From: Eledone cirrhosa
Taxonomy: Eukaryota
Direction of reading: 5' to 3'
Length of the DNA stretch: 64,000 nucleotides
Assembly: GCA_964016885.1 (NCBI GenBank)
Contig: OZ024743.1
Span: 32,178,001 to 32,242,000, forward strand
Each line of letters starts with the position of its first letter. The stretch's first letter is position 1. A program made the position numbers and the translations under genes. Below the pieces are notes generated by a model, which had not been told where the DNA came from, ran no database searches, and worked only from the letters and a program-made list of their open reading frames with translations. Positions 1-18,758 of the stretch are shown here, piece by piece.

Positions 1-16
1 TAAAAGCACTGGATAT

Positions 17-59
17 GTAGTCCTGATGATTTCTAACGAGAATGAAACGCGTAGATTAC
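17..59 (+). ncRNA. Type I hammerhead ribozyme, unit 1
   Basis: gtagtc-CTGATGA-t ttct aacg agaa t-GAAA-cgcg-TA-gattac. Stem I is gtagtc/gattac and stem III is the palindrome ACGCGT. Confidence 0.85.
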
Positions 60-326
60 TTCCCTTGCTTTTATCGAGAATCTAATTGTAATACGTGACG
101 TATTCTATTCTATAGCGATTAGGTCTTCAAAATGTTTATTATAAACATACAGAATATTTTCGAATATTCTATGTCTATATTCACATATATATCGCTATCT
201 CAGAGCATTTATTCCAATTTCTAATTTCTGCCGGACCGGCAACCGCTCTTTCAAACCAGTTCCTGTACACAGCTAAGTATTCTATAAGTCTCTAGCTGTG
301 TCATTCTCGATAAAAGCACTGGATAT

Positions 327-369
327 GTAGTCCTGATGATTTCTAACGAGAATGAAACGCGTAGATTAC
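327..369 (+). ncRNA. Type I hammerhead ribozyme, unit 2
   Basis: Identical to 17-59. Stem I is extended by the perfect inverted repeat 303-318/376-391. Confidence 0.85.
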
Positions 370-636
370 TTCCCTTGCTTTTATCGAGAATCTAATTGTA
401 ATACGTGACGTATTCTATTCTATAGCGATTAGGTCTTCAAAATGTTTATTATAAGCATACAGAATATTTTCGAATATTCTATGTCTATATTCACATATAT
501 ATCGCTATCTCAGAGCATTTATTCCAATTTCTAATTTCTGCCGGACCGGCAACCGCTCTTTCAAACCAGTTCCTGTACACAGCTAAGTATTCTATAAGTC
601 TCTAGCTGTGTCATTCTCGATAAAAGCACTGGATAT

Positions 637-679
637 GTAGTCCTGATGATTTCTAACGAGAATGAAACGCGTAGATTAC
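637..679 (+). ncRNA. Type I hammerhead ribozyme, unit 3
   Basis: Identical to 17-59. Confidence 0.85.
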
Positions 680-832
680 TTCCCTTGCTTTTATCGAGAA
701 TCTAATTGTAATACGTGACGTATTCTATTCTATAGCGATTAGGTCTTCAAAATGTTTATTATAAACATACAGAATATTTTCGAATATTCTATGTCTATAT
801 TCACATATATATCGCTATCTCAGAGCATTTAT

Positions 833-871
<39 letters not shown>

Positions 872-927
872 GACGACGATTAATTTGTTTTGCAAGGTTT
901 TTGAAATGAAATCGTGTGTCGAAACAA

Positions 928-1383
<456 letters not shown>

Positions 1384-1508
1384 TATACAAAATCACTGAA
1401 GTGTAGATCCAAGTGAAGTACTCTAAAGAACACTTCACAAGCATCTTTCCCTGGAGATATATTCACAATCAAGCTGCCTAAAATTAGGAAGCCTGGAGAG
1501 TGTTTTTT

Positions 1509-1630
1509 GGTGCCTTTCCTGAATAGAAAGCTAATCATAGATATGATAAAGTTAAATGGATACACATTGTTGTCAGTGATCATTTAACTTTATCATAGCT
1601 ATGATTAGCGTTCTATTGAGAACAGACACC
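1509..1630. repeat. Fold-back inverted repeat with arms of about 50 bp
   Basis: aatagaaagctaatcatagatatgataaagttaaatg pairs with catttaactttatcatagctatgattagcgttctatt. Confidence 0.8.
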
Positions 1631-2177
1631 ACAGTTTGAGGTCCACTATCACATTATCTTATTTCATTTGTTTTATTTCATTATTCTGTCTGTGCTGTTT
1701 GTTTTATCACAAACGCATCATACAAGCGGAAAGATTTATTTTTCTGTTGCACGATCCAGCATTTTAATATAGTACTCTCAAGTGGGAGCCCATTTTGCCG
1801 GTTTGAGAGGGTGAAGACGTGTGTGTGTGAACTTGTATTGTATAACGCATTTCTTTATTCCCTTTGCCACTCACATCCCCTTCTTCTCCTCCTCTTTCGG
1901 TTTTTTTCTGTTTCATCTGCTTGTCACCTACTTCGTGGATTGTCTCTCTGCTGGCCTCTGTCCTCTGGGACAATTTTGCCCATCGCTAGCGTTGACAGCA
2001 TTTGGCTGTTTTAGCGGCTGTTCTAGCGACGAGTTATCTCATTTTTGTATGAATTCAACTACACTCTCGATCATAGAAAACAATGATTATTCACATTTTT
2101 TCACCCTGTCATACGACAATTATAGCATAATGTGATGTTTAGTAGAAATATCACATATAATCTTCTCACAGCCATAA

Positions 2178-2491
<314 letters not shown>

Positions 2492-2814
2492 AGTATCAAT
2501 TTATATTTACTCACAACACATATTCGTATCATAAAAATATCAGTATCAATTGTTATTTCCCAACGGACATATTACCATTGTTGTATTTTACAGAATCATC
2601 CATTCAATCTAATAATTCACCACAGCTGTAATATATTACATTGAAATATCCTTTACAACATGGTATTTCAACACAATATTAGAATACTGTATTAGATTAA
2701 AATAGTATTACTTAATATCTCCCTCACCGACAGGTCATTGCCCTATTATATATGAAAACCATTACCATCTTATATTTCATTACAACTCTTGTATATTCTT
2801 TTATCTATTTGCTT

Positions 2815-3122
2815 TTATGGTCATTAGACTGAGATACTTTTTTCATGTCTAATACTTGTTATTTTTTTTTTTTCTTATTTTATCGGTCATTTTTATCGAA
2901 CAACTAGGTTACATAACAAAACTGATACAAACATAAACATACATAAGAGGACACATACATATATACGACAAACATCTGACGTTTCAATCTACCAAATTCC
3001 ACTCATCAGGCATTAGTCAACCCGGTGCTAGAGTTGAAAATACTACCCGAAGATGCTCCACCGCGGTACTGAACACAGAACCAAGGGATTGCGAACCGAA
3101 CGGATTCACTACATAACCATGT
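2815..3122 (-). mobile_element. Decayed SINE of a second family; related pieces at about 28520-28660, 33685-33800 and 49975-50135
   Basis: Shared tctaccaaatt.cact...agg.tt.gtc..ccc...gcta...gaaga.act.gccc...gaac.c.gaacc motif. Confidence 0.55.
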
Positions 3123-3679
3123 CTAATATATAATATTCTATTAAAATATCTCTATCTTTAGATATTTTACAACAGCTATAATATTATGTGTTAATCTTTT
3201 ACAGAAATATCAGGTGCTATCACCTGATATTTCACAATAGGAAATTTCTTTAGCCGTTATCTATTAACAAGTTATTCGGTTCAAAGGTGGATTCTAGTAT
3301 CTGATAATATTTCACCTAACTTGATTCTGAAGATACCATAAGTCGTACTCATATATTCTGTCTGCAGTTTTTTTTTTATTGTTGTTGCTGCTGTTATTTA
3401 AGCTCTTGGCCAGCTCTGACTGAACAGCCATATAATTAAATGCATTCCATACATGACCAGCCAGGGACCGAATTGATGCGGAAGAACTGTAAATCGAAAA
3501 CACCCTTATATTTAAGACGGAAATATTGTGATTTGGTTGCAATTTCTAACAAATCAAGCGGCTGCATAGAGGCTCGTTTCTTAGATATGGCTTTTTAATT
3601 CTTGTTTTAATATTGTTTTGGTTTTCTTTCTGTTTTATTCTTAATGCAATTATATTTTAGGCCTACAAGAGCATATATT

Positions 3680-3960
3680 GGCAGTATTGGTAGAGCGTCG
3701 AACAACATGCTTCGGAGCATAGTTATGTCACTTTACGTTCTGAGTTCAAATCCGCCAAATTTAGCTTTGCCTTTCATCGTTACGGAGTCAATAAAATGAA
3801 GCACCACTGGAGTCTAAATTTATTAGGCTTGTGCCTAAATTAGAAACTATTATTAAGGGCGATAATATTTGCTCCGACTCTATGTGCCGCTCTCAGTTCA
3901 AATCTCACCAAGGTCAACTTTGATTTTCATCCTTTTAGGATTGTTAAATAAATTACTTGT
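3680..3960 (+). mobile_element. Two decayed copies of the tRNA-derived SINE
   Basis: B-box-like gagttcaaatc followed by the core tttgcctttcatc...gtcaataaaat. Confidence 0.65.
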
Positions 3961-4514
3961 CAGGGCGGTTGATTGACAGCAATGTTAGAGCATCTTTTTT
4001 AGTTGTGCCAGAGACTCCAGTGATATCCTGCTTATTGGCCCTTGGTCAACATCGGTGGCATGGGAAGAGTAGTCTTGCATTCATGAATAATTACTAATTG
4101 TGCAAAATCAAAAATAAATTTTAATGGCTGTACCTTTGAGACAGACTTTCCAAATGCAGGTCCTAAGTCTTACCGGATATATGGCGGCCCCAGACTGAGC
4201 GCGTGAAACAAACTTATAATCCTGCCGTGATCCATAAAATAAACATCAGTTTATTATATATATATATGAATAGAGAGAGTGGGGAGAGGATAAAATCCCT
4301 GCCGCAACACCTAGCCGTATCGGCTTGTATTGGGCAGGGCAAGCCTCCCCAGGCTATATATATATATATATAAACATATAACTGAGTGAGCACTCAATCA
4401 CTCAATACTTGTGAGCAGTGTGTAAACTGAATTTCTATGTAGAATAGTTGCAGTCACTTCGAGGTTTCAACCAAATGAAGCGACCAAGCTGAAATTTCGA
4501 ACTCGTTGCCACTT

Positions 4515-4549
<35 letters not shown>

Positions 4550-4570
4550 GGGCTAGGCTACATATATATC

Positions 4571-4656
<86 letters not shown>

Positions 4657-4757
4657 TATGTTGTGGGGCTCATCTACATATATACACACATATATATATA
4701 CACACATATATATATATATGTATATACATATATATATATATATGTATATATATACAT

Positions 4758-4808
<51 letters not shown>

Positions 4809-5551
4809 TTGCACTTCCTGGCGTTATCCAGGTTTATTAATACAAAAAATGCATAGAATCGCATAAATGCACTATGCTCTGGGTAACTTAATTCGAAGTC
4901 ATAACTCACAATCTTCAGTTTGTACAGGAATGTTGAATCAGTCAGAATTTTTGCATCTAAGCAATTCAGAAGATGGTTCTAGCTGAACTTGATGAAAATG
5001 TGCTAAAACATAAACAAATATAGAACCTAACAGAACATTTTTTTAATTCTATTTTCTGGGAAAACAACTTTAATTTACATAATTATTCTAAATGAATTAT
5101 TTTTCTAATCAGTAACTTTTTCTAATGTTTATTGTACTGCTTGAGGTTATACAAGATTTTTAGAGTTTCTGTCAGTAGCTAAGAAGAATAAATTGCTACT
5201 GTTTCTATCTCTGAAAAAAGCAACGTATAGACCATAAAAGAAACAATGTTATTTCCTATTGATTCCATCGAAATGCGATTTTATTCTCATGCTTAACTGT
5301 GCCCATCGCAATTCATAGGCGTACTGGAAACTGAAGTAATCTGAAGTCTTTTAAATTCGAAGAGCCCATAGTATAATGCCTTCACTCTTTTCCCAATATG
5401 TCAGAGTTGTGGGTATCTATGGAGTCTCAAACTCATAGATGAATCCCTTTGTAAGGTCAAGAATCATGTAACTTTCTAAGAAGAATAATGAAGGTTCAAT
5501 TCTTCAAAATTAGCCGATTTAGTGGAATTTCATAACAATTTGTGAATTTAA

Positions 5552-5772
5552 CCCTTTAGCATTTACATTACTCTACATATACTATTGTATTTTCATGGTA
5601 AAGGGTTTATCTCACATAATTATCTCGCATAATATCGAATCTATATGATTTTGAAATTATTTATTTTGAGAATAATACCTTAACATGAGTATGAGTGGCC
5701 GGTTACAGCCGGTTTGAACAGAAATAGTTGAGAGAATCCTGGCCGGATATGGCTGTTTTGAATGCTAAAGGG
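5552..5772. mobile_element. piggyBac-type MITE
   Basis: TIRs CCCTTTAGCATT / AATGCTAAAGGG with TTAA on both sides (5548-5551, 5773-5776). Confidence 0.8.
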
Positions 5773-6224
5773 TTAAAGCGAATTGTTCTTTGGAATTTGG
5801 ATTTTACACTCCCTTGTTATTCAGTCCGTTTTCCGATTCATTGCCTGTCTTTTTCAAATTATTTTCTGATTCAGAAAGTCTGGATTTTTCATTCGAGCCT
5901 CTGCAAAATGTGTTCATTTAAGTCTAAGGCAAAGTAAACTTGTAACTTTTTATGCACCACATCCTTATTGTATAAAGACGAGAACATTTACAAATACCTG
6001 TATATTTTTCTAAACAAGTAAATAATATATAAAACTTCATTAAATTATTCAACATTTATATTATTCATAAAAGATATACATTTTTTTTAAAATGACTTTT
6101 GGAAAAACTTAAATTGTTTAAACTACATTTTTTTTTTCCAACACGCTGATGCGTATGTGGATAAGTATGTGCGTGTGTGTATGTAGATTGTACACACCAG
6201 TTTAGTGAATGTTTTCTGTAGTTT

Positions 6225-6348
6225 GTCATCACCCCTTCCTTCCTCGGTTATCTCTAGTGCGTGACGTCATCACCCTTTCCTTCCTCAATCATCTCTAGTG
6301 CGTGACGTCATCACCCTTTCCTTCCTCAATCATCTCTATTGTGTGACG
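6225..6348. repeat. Three copies of a minisatellite of about 41 bp
   Basis: gtcatcaccctttccttcctcaatcatctctagtgcgtgac repeated. Confidence 0.85.
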
Positions 6349-9300
6349 GAAGAACGCTCAAATTTATATATAGATAATGACTACAGGGAGTTGTCCATGA
6401 AGGAAACAGAACTCATCTAACTACAACCTTACCACTTTTAGTATTTGACCCAACAGTTATAAATAATTGAAACATTCAGTATTTATATATAAGATATTTT
6501 GTTTACAATTATGAAAAATGCACATTCCTTATATAAGAAGTATAGATCATAATATGTAACTATGAATATATCTAACAAAAGCAAATAGGAGATAGCAGAA
6601 GAACGAAAATAAACATGTTCGTTTTATGGGTGCATACGAAATACGGCTAACTACCGTAGGTTTGACAGATCAGTCGCTGGCCATTGTCCGCGGGAATAAT
6701 TTTTCGGTCTAGTTTTCGAGGCTCAGCCCCAATACCGCCGTGCCCTAGGCCCAGGACCCATCGCTCTAGCCCTTCCCATTCCCATTCTTCTGTGACACCA
6801 GAGCCCCTGACTTTCCCTTTCATTTCATAAAAAGTAACACAATTTTCAAAATGTTTCTTTTTGTGTTAGAAATGTTGTCAGAATCTCCACAAATATACAT
6901 GCACTCACAGAGTTAGAGGTAGGTTGAATAGAATTTAAATAGTATTTTAATATGATTTTCAAGAAATTGTTTACTTTTACGAATTAAAATTCGAGCTGAA
7001 AGATGGTAATTCTCGTCTTGCAAGCGAATCTGACAAACCTGAAGTAGTAACGCCTGCAAGCGACATATTCGAAATAGAGTTTGTTTTAGAACAGAATACG
7101 ATTAGTCATAAATGTTTTTGTGCTCCATCTAACAAAATACACATATTGCTTTGTATAACATACAATCTATTTGTTTGAACTCAATATACAACCATTACTT
7201 ATTTCGTTAAATTTTCATTTGTATTCATTTGTATTTGTATTCATTACACAACCGTAACTTATAAGGTTAACAGAGAAATATGATGGTTAAACATTAGTTT
7301 GAATAGATTATACAACTATTACTCATTTAGCCTACGGCCTAGTATATTTTTCTTTAGTGCACGACCATTTTTTGTTAGCTTACTGTCTATGATAGTTCTA
7401 ACTTCGATACAAATGACCTGTTGTGTTGTATTTGTCACGCACCTCTTTTGTGTTCTCCTTTCTCTTCTACTCTGATCCACACTGACCTTCATGTTGTTTT
7501 CGATTCCACTTCAATTCTCTCATTGTTAATTTAATTTTTCGACTCGGAGCCTTCTTTTAGCATCAGGCCTTCGTCTCCACCAACAGTTGATCAAGATATT
7601 TTATTTCACGTTGCTTCAATTCACTCAACTGGAGGAAAATGAAGTGACGTCAGTAGTACTGAGTTGTGTCGGCCTTAGTATCAGTGATGAAAAGAAGCGT
7701 GACTGGCATGCATGGTCATATAACATTTTGCCCAAGCCTGTTCTTTGGAGGGTTATTTGCTAGGCTCAAACCCATGGTCAGTTATAAGCAAAGGGTACCT
7801 ATATAAATTTCTATAATTAGATGATCAACTGACTGATTAGTTGACCGATATTCTGACTGAATTCCTCTACTCTTGATTGAAATGTTGTAGACTACAGCGA
7901 AACAGTTTAGTGAAATTCTTTATCTTTTTCTAACGAACAGACACTGAAATAATTACTAGCCCCTATATTGGTATATGAACTACATAACTTACTATTTGGT
8001 AAACTTTATATTGCGTTTTATGCAATATTCTGTCTATTGATGTGCGTGTTAATACCTCTTGCTAAAGGTATAAATGTGTGCCTGTGTGTGTGCGCGTATG
8101 TGTACATATATGTGTAGATAATAGGTGTACGTGTTTTGTATGTGTATTATATCTACTTGTTAGTACAAGTAGGTATGATAACATACAAAAACACGCGAAC
8201 AAACTTGATTCCTCTCATTCCTTTTCATTCCTTGCTGCCTTATTTTATCGATAAAATGATTATGCTTAAATGTATGCGGCGTAGATGGGAGAAGGGTAAA
8301 AATGAGAGTGAGAAGATGATTTAATGGGAGAGTTAATATTAACGGTCTGAAGAAGAAATGAGAGATGGAAGAATGTTGAATGAAAGAGGATAGTATCGTT
8401 ATGAGGCACAAGAAGGAGAAAACCATTTACTTAGGTATTGATTGGAGGGAAAGAAGTAACGCTATGAAGCAAACGAATCAGAACGCTATTTACTTGAGTG
8501 GTGATTGAAAGAGGGAGCAGTGATGGTATGGAGTAAATGAAAGACAATGCCATTTACTTGAACCTTGGTGGAAATGGGAAGTAATAACGTTACGAGGCAA
8601 AAGAAAAAAGCCCTTTGCATATTAATGACATAAGCACACGCACATGATACTCAAATACATATGATGTATTTGGAACTGCTGTTGGTGACAGTGGTGGTTG
8701 TCATAATATAGATACAACGAAAACCTTTCTAAATGTTTTTAATAATATATAATTATTTAATTGTCAATTACTTAATGCATCCGCTTTAGTGCAATTTGAA
8801 TTGACGTTTGCTCAGTTGGACCTTTTACAAGGAACTAAGTTTCCAATTACATTAGCTTATTCAATGATAATTGATAAAACACAAAGTTAAAGATTTAATG
8901 TGACAGAGATTTATAGTGTTTAGTCATGAACAGTTATATATACAATTCTCTGGGACAAGGAAATTTATTGGTGGTTTTTTAAGATAATCAATACAAATAA
9001 GCAAGCGAAGCAAAGAGGAAAAATTATCACTAAACGCTTCATAGGTAAGGAAATATTTAATTACTGGTATAAATTAATGATCGAGTAATTCAAATGATAC
9101 AATGATGAGATGAACGTGCTAAAATGCGGGGTAAATATTTGTTTGAATATAAAGCCTGAGATGTGCATTGTCACTAAAACAGTGCTATTCAGATTAGAAA
9201 CATATATTCAAGTATATAAAGTATATTTCTGTATAATAGTCATACATACTCTCACTGTGGGTATCTATGGGTATTTTAAGCTGTGAACCTATCACAGCTA

Positions 9301-9369
9301 CCTCAGTTACCATGTGAGAACACCAAATACATGTATTTCAGTATCGTTAATCCAGCATCAATGACACTT

Positions 9370-9660
9370 ACCCATTCTATGGGCTCCGGTGCACGCTATG
9401 TGAGGCTATTTACATTGGTACATTGGTCAAATTGGCCGATGACTGGCCGACAGATTCACTGAACATCTGCTGAACATCCAGGTCGGCAACCCCTCCGCAG
9501 TGGCCAGACCTTTCCGCACCACCTGTTACTCCACACATCAGCTTACATCAGCGGACTCGCTTTTGGCACCGGATCCCCAGACACGCGCCACTAGAGTGAA
9601 CAAAGGCATTTTTTTTCTAAATACCTTTAAACCACCCCCACCCCCACAGCCTTAATGCAC
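9370..9660 (+). pseudogene. Decayed GIY-YIG endonuclease of a Penelope-like element
   Basis: Reads YGLRCTLCEAIYIG, then GQIGR*LADRFTEHLLNI after a frameshift; stops present. Confidence 0.65.
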
Positions 9661-10039
9661 CCCCCCCCCTATTTTCCTCTAATCTGACCTTCCCACCGTG
9701 TCTAGTACCTCCGTCATCCACGTTACCACACGGAAATACTCACGCCCTCTTAGATACCTTACACATCCAACAAATTAACATATTAATAAACAAACACGTA
9801 GAAACACACACACACATACACATACACATCAGCACATTTACACACGTATTTCACCGAGCTTTATAATATGGAGTGTTGCTAGGACAACTTTAACGCCTTT
9901 TTTGTTCATTTCAAATTCAACCAGTGCCTTTTGAAATTGAATATCGTTTTTTTAATGAACATATACTTAATAAACATATATTATTTGTCATCAATATTTT
10001 CTTATATATCTGATACATAAACTAACAAATCCTACCTAG

Positions 10040-10185
10040 CGCATTACTGGTACTTTATTTTATCGACCCCGTAAGGATGAAAGGCAAAGTTAACCTCGAC
10101 GGGATTTGAACTCAGACCGCAAAGGGACGTAACTATGCTGGAAAGCATGACGTTCGACCCTCTACCGATATTGCCAATTCACCGA
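10040..10185 (-). mobile_element. tRNA-derived SINE, main family
   Basis: Reverse complement of ctgagttcaaatcccgtcgaggttaactttgcctttcatccttacggggtcgataaaataaagtaccag. Confidence 0.85.
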
Positions 10186-10356
10186 CTCATACACAATGTG
10201 AATACAACCAAGCACTTAGCCACCATCACGAACAATGTATAGACCATTCCAATTATATATATGGTGATACACACAAACAATTAAAAACAACACAGACACT
10301 CACATGTTCCCCTTTTCCTATTTTTTATATTTTATTTTCTAATCTATCAAATGTAC

Positions 10357-10392
10357 TCACCTGAGGAAAGAGTAAAGTCTGAAACGTTGAAC
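10357..10392 (+). ncRNA. Degenerate minimal HHR at the 3' end of the Penelope remnant
   Basis: CTGAGGA-a aga gtaaag tct-GAAACGTT; stem I weak; (TA)n begins about 75 nt downstream. Confidence 0.5.
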
Positions 10393-10467
10393 TTCTCTTC
10401 TCTCTTTCATCCAAATCATGAACCTAATAGCACTAATTGTTATTTTTATTTCATATATCTTTATTTC

Positions 10468-11098
<631 letters not shown>

Positions 11099-11483
11099 AA
11101 TTACATTAAGACACATTTTCTTGCATACCACTTCAAATCTTGTAGTATCTATATTTCCCTTTAATAGAGAGAACGAAATTATGGTATAAAATGGAATATT
11201 TTTAGATATATTTCTACACAGTGTTTTCTCACTAGCGTTCAGGGTGGGATATTACCTATTTTCCTATTTTAAGATGATATCTGCACTGGAATGTGAAGTG
11301 CAAATATTCAAGATAACGCACACAATGGAGTGAAAAAAATATTTTTTAGTGTGCAGAAAAACGGGGAAATTTCTTTTATTTTTTTTTAGAATTGCATGTC
11401 TTTGTGTATATGTAAACGCTCTCACACACACACACACATATATATATGCGTGTGTTTACATATGTATGTATATGTTATTTATA

Positions 11484-13770
<2,287 letters not shown>

Positions 13771-13789
13771 GAATATATATATATATATA

Positions 13790-14079
13790 TGTATTATATA
13801 TATATATAACAGAAATAATAACACAATCGGTACAGTATTGGAAAGGATATATTAGGTTAACGATTGATATAGCAGGAAGAGGGTCTTAACGTTTCGGACG
13901 CTAGTCCTTCATCAGAAGAAAGAATGAAAATAAGATAGATTGAGGGGACAGGCGGGTTGGAAGTGGAAAAAACGTCTTTAGATAAAAAAAATAACAGGTC
14001 CGTTCATGTTGACATCTCTTGCAAAACTGTAGGTGCTGGCGTTTTGTGTACGATATATATATATAACGAGAGAGAGGGG

Positions 14080-14146
<67 letters not shown>

Positions 14147-14560
14147 AAAGTTAAAACGACACAAATGGACAGGGGAGCGACTCGTTAAACCGAAAATGTT
14201 TAAAACGGTAAAAAAAAAATGTGTAAAAAGAAGACGTGTTTAACAAAATATGGACATAGAAAATCTTTACGCCGAGTAGAAATCGAAGGGACGTGACATT
14301 TCGTGTTGAACCCTTCATTGAAACAGAGAAATAAAAGAAAAGAATTAGACAAATGTAGAAACGAAACTGAGTTGAAGAGCAGATGTGGTTTGAAGGTGAA
14401 GGAGATGGAGGTAGGATCCAAGCCTAGACATCATAAATTAGAGTTGGAAGAGAAATGTGTAGCATAGAGAGTGACGTGATTAGAGAATGTAGGAAGAAAC
14501 GAGAGTTTTTGTAGAATTGTATAAAAATGGATGTCAAATTATGAAATTTGGGATAAATAT
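13790..14560 (-). mobile_element. Penelope-like 3' end or pLTR (family A) attached to (TA)n
   Basis: 13805-13955 matches 18235-18385 and 32230-32360 and contains an HHR; the right boundary is uncertain. Confidence 0.6.
13884..13919 (-). ncRNA. Minimal type I HHR (family A)
   Basis: Reverse complement: tctt-CTGATGA-a ggac tagc gtcc-GAAACGTT-aaga, with a palindromic ACGT stem III. Confidence 0.8.
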
Positions 14561-14647
14561 ATATTTATACAGTTAAACACAAATACACACACATAAACAC
14601 ATACTTCATATCTTTCATTCTGTCTGCTTCTCTCTTTCGATATATAC

Positions 14648-14684
<37 letters not shown>

Positions 14685-14832
14685 GGTATGTACGTACGTA
14701 TATCTATATCTATATTTATATATATATGTATATATATATATATAGGTAAGTTATTCCGGGTTGAATCAGAGGTAACCACAGTAAGTAAGGTACTCAATAC
14801 ATAGCAGAGTATAAAAGTTTTAATATAGAAGA

Positions 14833-14881
14833 GATTCTACATGACTGGCACTGTTTCATTCGTGAGAAATCATCAGGAATC
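14833..14881 (-). ncRNA. Type I HHR with a full stem III
   Basis: Reverse complement: gattc-CTGATGA-t ttc tcac gaa t-GAAA-cagtgccagtcatg-TA-gaatc; stem I perfect. Confidence 0.75.
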
Positions 14882-14919
14882 TTTACATACATACCTATAT
14901 ATATATATAGGTATATATG

Positions 14920-14986
<67 letters not shown>

Positions 14987-15108
14987 ATGAGAAGAAAGAA
15001 GAATACTGCGTGGTTGCACATAGGTTACATATGATAAAATTAGTCCTTCGTCAGTGATTTGCCAACCATCATTGATATATATATATATATATATAGGTAT
15101 GTATGTAA

Positions 15109-15151
<43 letters not shown>

Positions 15152-15170
15152 TATATGATATGTATATATA

Positions 15171-15240
<70 letters not shown>

Positions 15241-15616
15241 ATATATAAGATATATAAGATATATGTGTGTGTGTGGTGGGGGGGGGGGCACAAAGCTGAA
15301 TGGAATCAACAAACGATGTTAATAATCTAATATCGGTTTGATACTAATGTCATTCGGTTTGTTGTCATATTTGACCAAATTATATTATTTATTAAAACAT
15401 TCGATAGGTTGACTCGGTTGACATGTCACATTTATATTGTCATTTTACTACTGTTAATTCTGTTTTCCCTCACATCGAAACCTTAGTTGTAAGACCAAGT
15501 GAAAGGATATTCCACTCGATTTATTTGAACTGAATATGACTCAGTATTAGATGACTGAACAATTTTGATAACAAATATTTAACATGTGCAGAACGCTGAA
15601 GTTTCACGTCTCTACG

Positions 15617-15672
<56 letters not shown>

Positions 15673-15735
15673 GTATATATATATATATATATATATAGTT
15701 AAAAGAATAGAGGTGTAACACACAAGTTATTATAT

Positions 15736-18172
<2,437 letters not shown>

Positions 18173-18271
18173 TATATATACATAAATGCGTGCAGGCGAG
18201 ATTATAGTTGACGCTTTAACATCATCAATATATATCGCCCGTCCCCTTAATCTATTTTATTTCTCATTCTT

Positions 18272-18307
18272 TCTTGTGATGAAGGACTAGCGTCCGAAAC
18301 GTTAAGA
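18272..18307 (+). ncRNA. Family A HHR with a mutated core (GTGATGA)
   Basis: tctt-GTGATGA-aggactagcgtcc-GAAACGTT-aaga. Confidence 0.7.
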
Positions 18308-18482
18308 CCCTCTTCCTGCTATATCAAACGTTAACCTAATATATACGTTCCATATACTATACCGATTGTGTTGTTATTTTTGTTTACCTTTTACATATAT
18401 ATATATATAGTAATAATAATAAATATGAAGACTAAAATCCAAAGAGGGCTCGATAAGTATAAATATAAGAACCCTAGAGCAA

Positions 18483-18631
18483 ATATTTATTAAAATAATA
18501 GATTAAAGTTTAAGTAAAGAATCGCTGCTTTCACCCTTAACGGGATCTTCTGTTTTAGTTTCAGGAGATCTCGTTAAGGGTGAAAGCAGCGATTCTTTGC
18601 TTAAACTTTAATCAGTTATTTTAATAAATAT
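18483..18631. repeat. Fold-back inverted repeat with arms of about 70 bp containing an HHR-like motif
   Basis: Arms 18483-18552 and 18562-18631 with few mismatches; adjacent to TA tracts. Confidence 0.85.
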
Positions 18632-18700
18632 ATATATATACATACATATATATATAAAAGGACAGGAGGCTGGACTGGTTTAATTCCTTAAAGATTTATT

Positions 18701-18758
18701 GTAATATGAACATTTCAATGAACGGCTTCAGTATGAATCCGGTGACATCATCAGGTAT
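18701..18758 (-). ncRNA. Degenerate HHR of the same family as 55449-55510
   Basis: Reverse complement: ac-CTGATGAtgtcacc...GAAAtgttcaTA...aataaatcttt; stem I damaged. Confidence 0.55.

Larger units (their letters stand above)
1..837 (+). mobile_element. 310-bp tandem array (at least 2.7 units, open at the window edge) with one HHR per unit; retrozyme-like or Penelope pLTR array
   Basis: Units start at 1, 311 and 621. I see only one difference between them (A/G at 455). The array ends at 837 in (TA)n and has no ORF. Confidence 0.85.

Noticed and set aside
1-837. CRISPR array or plain satellite
   Set aside because: There are no variable spacers, the context is eukaryotic, and the units carry a structured HHR
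2975-3015. CTGATGA...GAAACGTC on the minus strand
   Set aside because: It lies inside a decayed SINE whose other copy (about 28530) lacks the motif, and stems I and II do not pair
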